Part shown: positions 29,316 through 39,262 of the stretch, one piece after another | How the letters are laid out: every line of letters starts with the position of its first letter | How positions within the stretch are numbered: the first letter of the stretch is position 1 | Assembly (NCBI GenBank): GCA_038065415.1 | Contig: JBBTRA010000002.1 | Coordinates: forward strand, 13,646 to 77,645 | DNA: 64,000 nt | From: Patescibacteria group bacterium | Lineage (GTDB): Bacteria; Patescibacteriota; Minisyncoccia; Phycocordibacterales; PALSA-1337 | Reading direction: 5' to 3' | The notes under the pieces: model-generated | Seen by the model: only the letters and a program-made list of their open reading frames with translations | Databases searched by the model: none | Told to the model about the DNA's origin: nothing | Program-made: the position numbers and the translations under genes

Positions 29316-30703
29316 GTGGTTCTACGTTTCAAGGCTAGCTCTATCGGACGTATCACGCAATATGCGCTATAAGCCTTCGATTCTGCATTGGTCTTGCCAT
29401 AGAGCTCTCCCATACCTAGATGTCTGAGTAGGCCGTATATTTTGGGGATTGACAGTATTTTTTGCACTCCTTTTTTCCAAGCAAGTTTCTTATGAGCCTT
29501 CGTAAGGGTTGAATTTATCGAGCGAACATAGGCAGGATCGAGTACTTCTCCGAGGATCGCCTCATCGAGTGGAGGCAGCTGACCTTCCTGTATTATCTGG
29601 AGATTGAGAGTGTTATTGCCATCACAGGTGAGACCATCATTTTCGATATCGAGTTTGTGATCTGCAAAGTATTTCTTTTGCCATGATCGGCCAGAGCGTT
29701 CATCTGCTCCGATTGAGAGCATACCGAGTGCAACTTCTGGATCGAGGAAGGGAGACCATGGTTTCCAGGAAAAATGCTCGGGAATCTGATAGAGATAGGT
29801 GAGCAGAATGAGCTTCATACGGGCAAAAAGTATTGGTTGGTAGAATGAGTCATTTATCCTGTTTTTGTGGCGCTCGAAATACGCGGTTCGAAGTGCACGA
29901 TCTGATTTCAGAAGAGATTTGGTATGGTCAGCATGGTCTCCGTGATTACGGGACAAGTTGACGAGGTCACCCTCCGAAGTAATGGGATCAAAATGCACAT
30001 GTCCCGCCCAGAGGTCCCCGATGATGCCACTCAAGAATGCCTGTGCTCCAGGAGCGCTCTTCTTGCGAACTTCTCCGAAGAAATCTAGATGATACATGCC
30101 GTGTGCGTGCACCGCGGGTCCGAACATACCATCCCATTCTTTGAGATATGCTTGAGAATTATGAAGAGGGATGAAGCTCCATTCGAACCCGAGGCGTTTG
30201 GAGGTTTCTGCTGCTCGTATCACTTCGCAGGAACGATGCTGTTCTTCAGATGTGCCATAGGTGAATGCACGCACGCGTGCAGGTTCGCCCAGCATGCTGC
30301 CGAGCAAGCGTGAATCGTAACCACCACTCAAAGGAAGGGTGATAGGTCCCTCGATGCTTTTTTCCCATGTTCTGACTTTGTCTGTGAGTAGGGCAGTCAT
30401 TTCTTCCGGAGTACATATACGCCTATCCGCTGACTCGATCGGGTCAGGAAGCTTTTCTATGAACAATTTTCCTGACTCATCGACGGTGATACGTTCACAT
30501 GCTCCGAGGAATTTTACGTCCTGTATAGGCGTCTGTCCGAAGACCGAGTAGCCAAATTCGAGATAGTTGTTGAAGCCTTCAGGATGGAGCGTCAAATTAG
30601 AATAGTTGATGACGTCGTGTATCGAATGACTCACGGCACCTGTCTTCTCGTTGTAGAAGACAGGTCGCGATGCTAGCCAATCTGTTTCAAAGGTCTTCTT
30701 CAT
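29312..30703 (-). CDS. asparagine-synthetase-like ATP-dependent amide ligase lacking the N-terminal glutaminase catalytic region
   Basis: PLSGGYDSR PP-loop, FTYG, LSGIIGD, SPFLD. Starts MKKTFETDWLASRPVFY with no Cys1. Confidence 0.78.
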   Translation of the reverse strand: MKKTFETDWLASRPVFYNEKTGAVSHSIHDVINYSNLTLHPEGFNNYLEFGYSVFGQTPIQDVKFLGACERITVDESGKLFIEKLPDPIESADRRICTPEEMTALLTDKVRTWEKSIEGPITLPLSGGYDSRLLGSMLGEPARVRAFTYGTSEEQHRSCEVIRAAETSKRLGFEWSFIPLHNSQAYLKEWDGMFGPAVHAHGMYHLDFFGEVRKKSAPGAQAFLSGIIGDLWAGHVHFDPITSEGDLVNLSRNHGDHADHTKSLLKSDRALRTAYFERHKNRINDSFYQPILFARMKLILLTYLYQIPEHFSWKPWSPFLDPEVALGMLSIGADERSGRSWQKKYFADHKLDIENDGLTCDGNNTLNLQIIQEGQLPPLDEAILGEVLDPAYVRSINSTLTKAHKKLAWKKGVQKILSIPKIYGLLRHLGMGELYGKTNAESKAYSAYCVIRPIELALKRRTT

Positions 30704-30704
30704 A

Positions 30705-32255
30705 TTAGAGTTCAATATGTCCACGCCAACCTCTTTGCGGAATGAAATTCGCATGATTTTTGCGTATACCATCGACGGAGACATATGAAGGATCGTTGCT
30801 CTTCACGGGTATAGCATCGAGGTTACCCTTCCATCTCTTCAGCCAGGATCTCTTGAGTCCGACACGGAGTGTGGCCATCTTATCTGCATCGAATCCCATG
30901 TAGGTCACGCTGACCGCATCGGCCGCTAGCGGGTTGAGACTGCCTATGAGCGTGCCAACCCTTTTATCCGAAGGGCGGAGCGGACCCTCAGCTTCTCCAG
31001 CGATGATACCGTCGGTGAGCGCCAAGAATATTCTCTGTGGAGTATTTTGCAGGGCTCCTTGTCTGTCGGAATACAAGATGATGCGGATGAGATCGAGGCT
31101 CATGCGCCATGCGGTATCGTTGCCGTACCATGATCCACCGTTGATGTTGCCAATATAGTCTTTTCCACATTTCTTGCGACCGATACGATCTGCGACGCCT
31201 TGTCCGTAGTATTGTATCGGACGTAGGAACCAGCGGTATATGGTATCTGCCAGCTTGTTCTCATGGGAGAGTACATGAAGCTCGCCCCACATGCGGAAGC
31301 GATTGAGTGCATTCTGGAACATGCCAAGATCAGGGTACTCGTCTCCACCGCGTGACGGGTCGCCGATCCTGCAGTGGGGGATATAATTCTTATCTCCCTG
31401 GGTTCCGACCATTGATTTGATATTCAGTGTGGCGCCAACCTTCATGTGTGTCTTGAGCTTGGGTACGGAGATGATGACGTCGGCATTGAGGAATGTCTGA
31501 GCAACCTTGTAGCGATGTGCGCCACCGGTATGGTTGCGTACCGTGTGTTGATTGTCGTAGTCGGCACCATAGAAGAGTGAGCATTGTTTCTCGGTGAGTT
31601 TCGCAAATTCGCTGCTGCCGCGGAGATCGATCTCACGATATCCGGCGGGGTCGCGTTCTTTGATTTCGCGTAGACTCGATGGGCTATAGCCACTCTTTGC
31701 ATCCCACGGAGCGATGAGGGTGCGCAAATCGTAGACTTCGAGATCGAAATTCTTTTCCTTCTTATAAAGTGCAATCATCTCATCCATACCTGTGATCTTC
31801 CTCCAGTTGTCGAAATTCGAGGGTATGATCGGCGCATCAGCGATGACGATTCTACCGGTGCCGCCGAGCGCGATGTACGCATAGTCGACAAGCGCGCGCA
31901 TGACTGATCCGTGGGTGATGCTCGCAAATGAAGATGCTGCGCGATTGAGGTTTTTGTCCCAGACGGCATTGGGCTTGATGACTACAGTATTACCCTTAGC
32001 TATGATGTCCGAGAGAGGGTTCCAATTCTTCGTTCCGTAGTTTTGTGCATCGAAGCCAAGGGTGTGTAGTACTTCGCGTACCCCCGAGTATGCGGGATTC
32101 TTCACCCCTGTACTTATGGTATCCACGCCAAAAGGATATTCTGGATATGCCTCGTCGGGATGGTAGGGTGCTGTCTCGAAATATTCGGTTGCGCCTGTTT
32201 TCCAGATTGCTACGGTTGCCTGCTCGAGAAAATCTTTTTTGGTGAATCGGGTCAT
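30705..32255 (-). CDS. DUF362 domain protein
   Basis: VVIKPN, ITH, IADAP, ISVPKLKTH.KVGATLNIKSMVG, DGIIAGEAEGP. Confidence 0.82.
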   Translation of the reverse strand: MTRFTKKDFLEQATVAIWKTGATEYFETAPYHPDEAYPEYPFGVDTISTGVKNPAYSGVREVLHTLGFDAQNYGTKNWNPLSDIIAKGNTVVIKPNAVWDKNLNRAASSFASITHGSVMRALVDYAYIALGGTGRIVIADAPIIPSNFDNWRKITGMDEMIALYKKEKNFDLEVYDLRTLIAPWDAKSGYSPSSLREIKERDPAGYREIDLRGSSEFAKLTEKQCSLFYGADYDNQHTVRNHTGGAHRYKVAQTFLNADVIISVPKLKTHMKVGATLNIKSMVGTQGDKNYIPHCRIGDPSRGGDEYPDLGMFQNALNRFRMWGELHVLSHENKLADTIYRWFLRPIQYYGQGVADRIGRKKCGKDYIGNINGGSWYGNDTAWRMSLDLIRIILYSDRQGALQNTPQRIFLALTDGIIAGEAEGPLRPSDKRVGTLIGSLNPLAADAVSVTYMGFDADKMATLRVGLKRSWLKRWKGNLDAIPVKSNDPSYVSVDGIRKNHANFIPQRGWRGHIEL

Positions 32256-32264
32256 ATGTGTGAG

Positions 32265-33221
32265 TTAGTAGAATACACGATTCGGCTTGGTGGTCACGAA
32301 GAATTTCTCCTTACCCTTGTAGTACTCCCAGTCGATGCCTGTACGATCAAATATGATGAAAGGTACATTGCCATACCATGCGGCAAAAGGGCCAAAGGTG
32401 CTGTCTGAGCCGATGATCACGTCGGTTGCGGCCAAAGTGAAAAGGTCTTCCGCAGGAGATCCTGTGGGGAAGAATGCGTTAATACTTTTGAAATGGTCAG
32501 GGTTGAGCTTCTCATCGGAGCATATCACGAAGCAGATGTCTTGGGTTTGCATGCCGGATTGTGTGACATACTCAGTGAGTATTTTTTCAACCTGCTGTGG
32601 TTCGAAGAAGAATTTCTTCTCTTCGACATAACGATAATCACCGAGGCGGAAGTGGACACCGACGACGTGTTTGAAATTAGCACGAGGATAAGCGAGTACA
32701 GAGGAGACGTGGGTTCGCACTTTTTTCTTAGGTTTAATCGCGGTCATGATGTCAGCTCGATATTTTTCCATGCCAATCGGATTGCGGTACATCCATCCAG
32801 TCACATATGCAGCACTGTCGCCTGAGTCCTCAATCATTTTGAGTTTGCGTGCCTGATCCGTATCAGCTACCTCGGTCGGCGGCAAATAGAAAGGACGCCA
32901 AGAATCAACTTCTACAGTATCGTTGATTGTTTCTGGATGTTTGGCGAGAGTGCGTTTGGTATATTTTGGAAATACCCAATGTCTGAGTGGAGACCATTTC
33001 CTGAAGGATATTTTCCGGAGCGGCGAATAGAATAGCAACCAAATCAGCCAGTTGCCTACAGGCATCTCTATTTCATCGCTGTATGTTGAGAAACAATAGT
33101 TCCTGAACTCATAGCCCTTCTCTATGCAGTACGCATAGAGCGCAGCAGAAGGCCAGAGCTGGTTGCCGAGACGGCCGCCATAATGTTGAAGGTAGACTAT
33201 TTTTTTCTTGGAGGGTGTCAT
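32265..33221 (-). CDS. GT11 (alpha-1,2-fucosyltransferase-like) glycosyltransferase
   Basis: GRLGNQL, GVHFRLGDY, CSD, STF. Confidence 0.85.
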   Translation of the reverse strand: MTPSKKKIVYLQHYGGRLGNQLWPSAALYAYCIEKGYEFRNYCFSTYSDEIEMPVGNWLIWLLFYSPLRKISFRKWSPLRHWVFPKYTKRTLAKHPETINDTVEVDSWRPFYLPPTEVADTDQARKLKMIEDSGDSAAYVTGWMYRNPIGMEKYRADIMTAIKPKKKVRTHVSSVLAYPRANFKHVVGVHFRLGDYRYVEEKKFFFEPQQVEKILTEYVTQSGMQTQDICFVICSDEKLNPDHFKSINAFFPTGSPAEDLFTLAATDVIIGSDSTFGPFAAWYGNVPFIIFDRTGIDWEYYKGKEKFFVTTKPNRVFY

Positions 33222-33234
33222 GAGATAGTTTGAT

Positions 33235-34326
33235 CTAAAATGAATTGAGCGCCTTGATCACAGTGTCGACCTCTGCGTCCGTGAGTTCAGGGAATATCGG
33301 CAGAGAAATTATCTCGTCAGCTGCCTTTTCTGTGTTGGGCAGATCGCCTTTCTTACCGCCCAATCCTTCATACGCCGTCTGCAGGTGAACCGGATGTTTG
33401 TAGTGGAAACCATGGCCGATCGAATGCTGTTCCAGATGCTTGATCAAGGTGTCTCTGTCAGCTGTTCGTATCACGAAGAGGTGGTACGTATGCCATGCAC
33501 CTGGCCTTTCTGTGGGTAAAATAAGCTTCGGATTCTTGATGCTGTTTGCGTATTGCGCAGCAATCTCTCGGCGGCGCTCATTGGCTGCTCCGAGTAGGGG
33601 GAGCTTCACGCGTAGGATTGCGGCCTGGATCTCGTCCATACGGCTGTTCCAACCTTCCACCTCGGCAAAATACGTCTTTTTCATACCATACATGCGCATA
33701 GCCCTGCAGGTGTCCGCAACTTCCTGGCTGTTTGTGACGATCATACCACCATCGCCATAGGCTCCTAGATTCTTTGTAGGGTAGAAGCTGAAGCATGCAG
33801 CATTGCCGAAGCTACCGATCGTCTTTCCGTTCAGTTGTGTCCCCGTCGATTGTGCGCAGTCTTCGACGACGATGAGCTTGTGTTTGTGCGCAATTTTCAT
33901 GATTGCATCCATATCGCAGGCATTGCCATAGAGGTGGACGGGTACAATCGCACGAGTCTTTGTTGTGATTGCAGCCTCTATCTTACTTGTGTCGATGGTG
34001 AAGTAGTGGTCTGTGTCTACAAAAATGGGGGTTGCGCCGAGTTCCCGGATCGCGCTCACGGTTGGTACGGCAGTATTCGCTACGGTGATCACTTCATCGC
34101 CAGCCTGTACGCCGAGTGCTCGCAGGGCGATTTTGAGCGCATCAGTGCCAGAATTCACAGCGATGGCGTATTTTGCACCAATGAACGCGGAGAATTCCTG
34201 TTCGAGAGATTCACCCTCTTTTCCGAGAATATACTTGCCCGAGTCGAGGACGCGTTTGATGGCGGCCATTACTTCCGGCTCTATCTTTTTCCAGCTGCGC
34301 TGACTATCGAAGAAGGGGATTACCAT
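33235..34326 (-). CDS. DegT/DnrJ/EryC1/StrS sugar aminotransferase (FdtB/QdtB-like)
   Basis: NSGTDAL, EDCAQ, SFYPTKNLGAYGDGG, NSRMDEIQAA; adjacent to an FdtA-like gene. Confidence 0.93.
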   Translation of the reverse strand: MVIPFFDSQRSWKKIEPEVMAAIKRVLDSGKYILGKEGESLEQEFSAFIGAKYAIAVNSGTDALKIALRALGVQAGDEVITVANTAVPTVSAIRELGATPIFVDTDHYFTIDTSKIEAAITTKTRAIVPVHLYGNACDMDAIMKIAHKHKLIVVEDCAQSTGTQLNGKTIGSFGNAACFSFYPTKNLGAYGDGGMIVTNSQEVADTCRAMRMYGMKKTYFAEVEGWNSRMDEIQAAILRVKLPLLGAANERRREIAAQYANSIKNPKLILPTERPGAWHTYHLFVIRTADRDTLIKHLEQHSIGHGFHYKHPVHLQTAYEGLGGKKGDLPNTEKAADEIISLPIFPELTDAEVDTVIKALNSF

Positions 34327-34754
34327 GGCTTTTTCTCTGCAACGAATTTCATGAAGTCGTCGTAACTTCGGATGTAGTCTTTCTCGTCATATTCGGTGTC
34401 GGCGATGACGAGCAGGATCGCGTCATCGCTGAAGCTATGCATGACATGCCACACATACGGGAGGAGCAGTACACCTTCATTGGCCGCTGAGAGCGCGACG
34501 GACGTCTTCTCAGAGCCATTGTCGAGATCTACCGAACATGATCCCTGGAGGCAGAAAAGTATCTGGTTCGTCTCGTGATGCGTATGACCGCCGCGGGTGT
34601 CGTCGTTCTTCATGCCCTGCATGGTCAGTATCCTTTTCGGTTGGAAGGGAAGTTTCTCGACGCCTTTATTCTGTACATATTCATACATGGTCAAAACTCC
34701 GTTCTTGGTATCGCGGCTCGGGAACTTCAGCATTTTGTAGAATTCTTTTTTCAT
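34320..34754 (-). CDS. FdtA/QdtA-like cupin dTDP-4-keto-6-deoxyhexose 3,4-ketoisomerase
   Basis: PF.PKR, RGGHTH, VWH.M, YDEKDYIR. Confidence 0.9.
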   Translation of the reverse strand: MKKEFYKMLKFPSRDTKNGVLTMYEYVQNKGVEKLPFQPKRILTMQGMKNDDTRGGHTHHETNQILFCLQGSCSVDLDNGSEKTSVALSAANEGVLLLPYVWHVMHSFSDDAILLVIADTEYDEKDYIRSYDDFMKFVAEKKPW

Positions 34755-34764
34755 TTGGGGCGGC

Positions 34765-35769
34765 TTATTTACCGATAAGCCCTTTGATCTTGCTAGCGAT
34801 CTTTGCCTTCATGCCTTGTTTGATTTTGGCGGTGCCTGTCTCGCAGAGCTTGAGATATTCGGGTATATAGGCATCGAGGGTCATCTTCGGAGTCCAACCG
34901 AGTGAGCGGATCTTATCAGCAGCAATGGCATAGCGTACATCTTGACCGCTCCTGTTGCCCACGAACTCATAGAAGTCCTGTGGCTTGCCCATATGTTTGA
35001 GGATCATTTTGATGACTTCGAGGTTGGTGTGGCTTTCTCCGGATGAGATATTGTATATCTCATCATCCTTTCCTTCCTCCATGACCTTGAAGACTGCTTC
35101 GCAATAATCCTTCACATATATCCATTCACGAATGTACTTGCCGTTGCCATGAACAGGAACCTTGGAGCCTTTGGTAGTGAGCTTGATGGTCTTGGGGATG
35201 AGCTTCTCCGCCTGCTGACCGTAACCATAGTTGTTGCTACCACGGCAGAGACGCGAGCGGACACCGTAGGTGCGCGACCATGCGAACACGAGCTGATCGG
35301 CGGCAGCCTTGGTTGCAGAATAAGGGCTCGATGGCTTGAGCTTGTCTTCTTCTGTGAAGAAGTCGGTATCACGGTCTCCGTAGACCTCGTCGGTCGAGAT
35401 ATGGACGAGGAGTGGGCGATCGACGGCATCCTTGCGGCGAAGAAGTTCGAGCAGGGTATGGACTCCCTTGACGTTGCTCTTGAAGAAAACTTCGTTGGAT
35501 GCGATGGAGTTGTCGACATGAGACTCGGCGGCGAAGTTCACAATGGTTGATATGCCACCTGGAAGCGCTTTGAGCTCGGCAATATCGGCGCGGATGAACT
35601 CGTAGTTTGGATGCTGGTCAAAATTGGTGTCCTTGCGGGCGGCATAGGTCATCTTGTCGATGTTGACCACGCGATAGCCTCGTTCGAGCGCCATCTCGAT
35701 GAAGTTGGAGCCAATGAAGCCTAATCCTCCGGTTACCATGATCTTCTTGGATGTAGTCATATTCATCAT
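34765..35769 (-). CDS. rmlB: dTDP-glucose 4,6-dehydratase
   Basis: TGGLGFIGSN, DKMTYA, AAESHVDNS, STDEVYG, YSATK, D.RY. Confidence 0.93.
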   Translation of the reverse strand: MMNMTTSKKIMVTGGLGFIGSNFIEMALERGYRVVNIDKMTYAARKDTNFDQHPNYEFIRADIAELKALPGGISTIVNFAAESHVDNSIASNEVFFKSNVKGVHTLLELLRRKDAVDRPLLVHISTDEVYGDRDTDFFTEEDKLKPSSPYSATKAAADQLVFAWSRTYGVRSRLCRGSNNYGYGQQAEKLIPKTIKLTTKGSKVPVHGNGKYIREWIYVKDYCEAVFKVMEEGKDDEIYNISSGESHTNLEVIKMILKHMGKPQDFYEFVGNRSGQDVRYAIAADKIRSLGWTPKMTLDAYIPEYLKLCETGTAKIKQGMKAKIASKIKGLIGK

Positions 35770-35770
35770 A

Positions 35771-36823
35771 TTATACCGCCTTTCGGGGCCTGAATATATT
35801 GATAATAGGCTGCAAAAATGGCCTGATGAGATCCTTGAACGCCCACCACCAGAGAGGGAAGGCGACAGTCTTCAGCTCATCCGAAATACCTGTACGCTGG
35901 ATAGTTCCGGCGATAAAATCGGGCTGTATCATGCGGATGGTTTTCATCGCCTTGTAGAGCTCGTTGCGGTACTGATTATAGATGAGCCTTTTGATGAAGG
36001 TTGGTTTACCATAGTTGTGAGCCGTCTTGGCTATAGAGACCCTGAACGGTGATGGCAGAAAATATATTTTGAAGCTTGAGAAATGGAAAAAGATGAGTGG
36101 AACATCATCGATCATTACTACTCCATTTTTACGGTATATTTTGTCCTTGAAATTGCCAATGCACCATGGGGCGAGATTGGATCCCTTGTGGGTGAGAATG
36201 TAAACGCCTTTGAATTTTTCTTCAAAAAAGTCGAGATACTTCTGATCGCCAAAACGGTCAGGTTCTACTCGCGCGTAACACCATTCGATACATTTGTCGC
36301 TCCACCAGGTTAGACATGCTCGACCATCGTCATCGTTTCTGAAAATCACCATGCCGACATTGTATTTCCCCACATCCTTCTCTTTGTGGCGACGATTCTC
36401 TGGGTGATTGTGTGGAATGATAAGAGTCGAATTGTTCCCGAAGAGGTCAAATATAGGCTGTACCGATGAATAGAAGTAAAGGTCGGCGTCGACGTAGATG
36501 ACGAGTTGAGACGCATCACCTGGATCTGTATAGTTTTTCATTACATGCTGAGTGAATCCGCTTCCGAGCGTCCAACAGTATTCTTCGAGAGTTCTGGTTT
36601 TTTTCGTGGCGGCAATCGCTGGCTCTTTTTGTTCGAATTCAACACGACTTACGAGAGTGACGCGTGGTAGCGCGAGTTTCGTGAGTAATGCATGAGATTC
36701 TTCGTCAACGCAGAGGATATAGAGTTGGAAAGGCTGGGGTGCATATCTTATGAGCGACGCATGAAGTGCGAGTCCACGATTGGTGAATCCTTTATCGAAC
36801 AATGTTACGTAGAGATGCTTCAT
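35771..36823 (-). CDS. GT-A-like glycosyltransferase
   Basis: TLFD, EYCWT, YVDADLYF, GKYNVG, GDQKYLD, NLAPW, FFHF. Confidence 0.78.
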   Translation of the reverse strand: MKHLYVTLFDKGFTNRGLALHASLIRYAPQPFQLYILCVDEESHALLTKLALPRVTLVSRVEFEQKEPAIAATKKTRTLEEYCWTLGSGFTQHVMKNYTDPGDASQLVIYVDADLYFYSSVQPIFDLFGNNSTLIIPHNHPENRRHKEKDVGKYNVGMVIFRNDDDGRACLTWWSDKCIEWCYARVEPDRFGDQKYLDFFEEKFKGVYILTHKGSNLAPWCIGNFKDKIYRKNGVVMIDDVPLIFFHFSSFKIYFLPSPFRVSIAKTAHNYGKPTFIKRLIYNQYRNELYKAMKTIRMIQPDFIAGTIQRTGISDELKTVAFPLWWWAFKDLIRPFLQPIINIFRPRKAV

Positions 36824-37617
36824 GATTTTTTGCATAGATAGCTGGTTATTAATACGGGCTCACCAAGACCTGGAACATTCATCGAACTGATGGTTTCACT
36901 CGCTGCAACGTCGAGACCGTATTTCTTGAAGAGGTCGAATAGTTCAGACTCATTGAAGAATATCTCGAACATTGGCAGGCCATAGCCGATCTTTTCTGCA
37001 TAGGTTGTCGATGTCGATCTCACGACTGGCGTGCGGTGAAATAATGCATACTGCGTAGCGACGCGAGCGGTCTCGGCAATAGCCTTCTCGTAATCGATAA
37101 TATGGAGTATACAGCAGCCTGATATGGCGATATCGAAAGATGTATCAGGATATCCGAGTTTTGTAGCGTCTTCAGTCCGAAATGATATACCCGGATGCAG
37201 TTCTTTTGCTTTTGCTACAAAAGCCTCTGAATAATCACATCCTTCATATGAGACCTCGAGTCCTGCGTCTTTGAATACATCTGCGTAATATCCTGTCGAG
37301 CAGCCAATTTCGAGGATGGTCGGCTTGGTCAAATGTGTTGCACGGATAAGTTTAACTGCAGCTTCATAGACAGGTGCGCTTTTAGGGGATCGAGCGTTAA
37401 CTTTGAGCTGTTGGGCAGGAATAGATGAATCCTTCCAGATATCCTCATATTTTCTTTTAAGTTCTGCGAGATTTGGATTTTTCAGAATACTATAGTGGCC
37501 CGAAGCTTTTTCTGTGCGAGGACGCAGAGTATACAAACACTTTTTAGCGAATGACCAAAGTGGCGTTGGTATGACGGACTTCAGATTGCGGAGCTTGTTT
37601 TTTAGAGTATTCTTCAT
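36820..37617 (-). CDS. class I SAM-dependent methyltransferase
   Basis: ILEIGCSTGY, GCDYS, EDAT. Confidence 0.88.
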   Translation of the reverse strand: MKNTLKNKLRNLKSVIPTPLWSFAKKCLYTLRPRTEKASGHYSILKNPNLAELKRKYEDIWKDSSIPAQQLKVNARSPKSAPVYEAAVKLIRATHLTKPTILEIGCSTGYYADVFKDAGLEVSYEGCDYSEAFVAKAKELHPGISFRTEDATKLGYPDTSFDIAISGCCILHIIDYEKAIAETARVATQYALFHRTPVVRSTSTTYAEKIGYGLPMFEIFFNESELFDLFKKYGLDVAASETISSMNVPGLGEPVLITSYLCKKS

Positions 37618-37623
37618 GTCAGT

Positions 37624-38340
37624 TTATTTCTTTGCCACGATAATATTATCCATGTAGAGATCATTATTCTTCGGCAGTATCCGGTACAGGATGGATCCGA
37701 TTATTGTTACCGGCGCTATGAGTATGGCATAGCTGAGTAGCTTCAGGTAGTAGTTCTTGAAAGGGAGCGACTTGTGGATATAGCAGGCGATAAGCTGGAA
37801 TATCACGCGAATATCGTTGAGGCTTTTTCGGTGCTCGATAATCGTGAAGCCATGTTCTTTGAGGAGATGTGCAACGCCAAATGAAGAATACCGCGCATAG
37901 TCGTAAGGTTGGGAGTGCTCGTCCCAGACGAACGGCACGCTCATGAGTATGCTGCCGCCCTTCTTGAGGGTGCGGTTGATTTCTGTAAGGAATTCGTCGG
38001 GATTGAAGACGTGTTCAAGCACTTGAGTGAATATGATGCCGTCAAAGGTTTCGTCTGCAAAAGGGAACTTCTTAGTGTCGTAGAACACATCTATCTGCTT
38101 GATCTTCCTATTCTCCGGAGAGTCGTAGTCCATGCCGATATATTCGGTTGCGTGCGTGAAAAGCTTCTCATAGGGCTTGGTGCCGCAGCCGACATCCAGA
38201 ACTTTGCCGGTGATGTGGCTGCTCAACTCCTTCATATTCTGGTGCAAGGCGCGGCGCACGAAATAGAATGGGTTGAAGACCATGCCGAGGAGCTTCGGGT
38301 TGTATTTCTGCGACTGAATTTTTTGGAAAAATTTCGACAT
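37624..38340 (-). CDS. class I SAM-dependent methyltransferase
   Basis: VLDVGCGTKPY, QVLEHV, PFVWDEH..PYDY.R; paralog of 39259..40035. Confidence 0.88.
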   Translation of the reverse strand: MSKFFQKIQSQKYNPKLLGMVFNPFYFVRRALHQNMKELSSHITGKVLDVGCGTKPYEKLFTHATEYIGMDYDSPENRKIKQIDVFYDTKKFPFADETFDGIIFTQVLEHVFNPDEFLTEINRTLKKGGSILMSVPFVWDEHSQPYDYARYSSFGVAHLLKEHGFTIIEHRKSLNDIRVIFQLIACYIHKSLPFKNYYLKLLSYAILIAPVTIIGSILYRILPKNNDLYMDNIIVAKK

Positions 38341-38362
38341 GCGAGTGTAGGTTTGAGCAGGC

Positions 38363-39262
38363 TTATGAGCGGATCTTATTGATAATTCGACGGATGATGC
38401 TCGGTTTTTTTGGTCGGAGATAGTCGGCGAACAGTGCGCGTGCACGAGAGTCTTCTTGGAGCGGGATCCGTTCGGCCCGGATCTTCCGGTCAGATAGCGT
38501 ACTGCGGTATTTCAGTGTCTTCTTGGAGTGTGTACCGGTCGTGTCATGACCGATGTTATCGACGAGCGATATGCCCGGATAGAGCGTGAGTTTTGCTGCT
38601 AGAAATGAGGAGGCGTGCCAGCGTACTGCCCAGGAATTGTTTGTGCCGGCAATCTGACCTTTCAACATATCAGTGAAAGGGTACGATCCATCGAGATCGA
38701 ATGCTTGTGTCAGATTTTGTTCCTCGAGTTGTATCAAGAGGGCCTTACCGTCTGGATTGAATTCGGCCCAGGCTCTCTTCCAAGTAGCCCAGCCCCAGCA
38801 GTCTGCACCTCGCAGAAAGAATGTCTCGGGAAGTTTTTCCTTTACAGCGTAGCTGTACCCGTGGATGCTCGCTACTTTGTTATCGTGTTTGTAGAGGTTG
38901 AGTCCGTCGTTCATATAGGTGAGGAAATATGGTGAAGTGACGAGATCGTCCTCAACGATAATTATCTGCTCGTATGTGTTCACGATCTCGGTGACACCAG
39001 TGATGATTGATTTGGCCAGGCCGTAATTTTCCGCACGCTCTACTATATGCACAGATTTGAAACCTGCAACTGATTTGAGGTATGTGCGAACAGCAGTGAC
39101 TCCTTCCAGTGCCGCTTCATTCTTGGCTCCATCGGCGAAGATGAAAAGATCGCTTTCGGCAGCAAGCATATTCTGCTGCAGAGCTTCAATCGTTTTTTGT
39201 GTATGCTCAGGACGATTGTAGACAAAGAGGGCTATGGGGGCGTAATTTTTCATGGAGTTCAT
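38363..39262 (-). CDS. glycosyltransferase family 2-like
   Basis: PIALFVYNRPEH, FADG, IVEDD, CWGWATW, NIG.D. Confidence 0.88.
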   Translation of the reverse strand: MNSMKNYAPIALFVYNRPEHTQKTIEALQQNMLAAESDLFIFADGAKNEAALEGVTAVRTYLKSVAGFKSVHIVERAENYGLAKSIITGVTEIVNTYEQIIIVEDDLVTSPYFLTYMNDGLNLYKHDNKVASIHGYSYAVKEKLPETFFLRGADCWGWATWKRAWAEFNPDGKALLIQLEEQNLTQAFDLDGSYPFTDMLKGQIAGTNNSWAVRWHASSFLAAKLTLYPGISLVDNIGHDTTGTHSKKTLKYRSTLSDRKIRAERIPLQEDSRARALFADYLRPKKPSIIRRIINKIRS

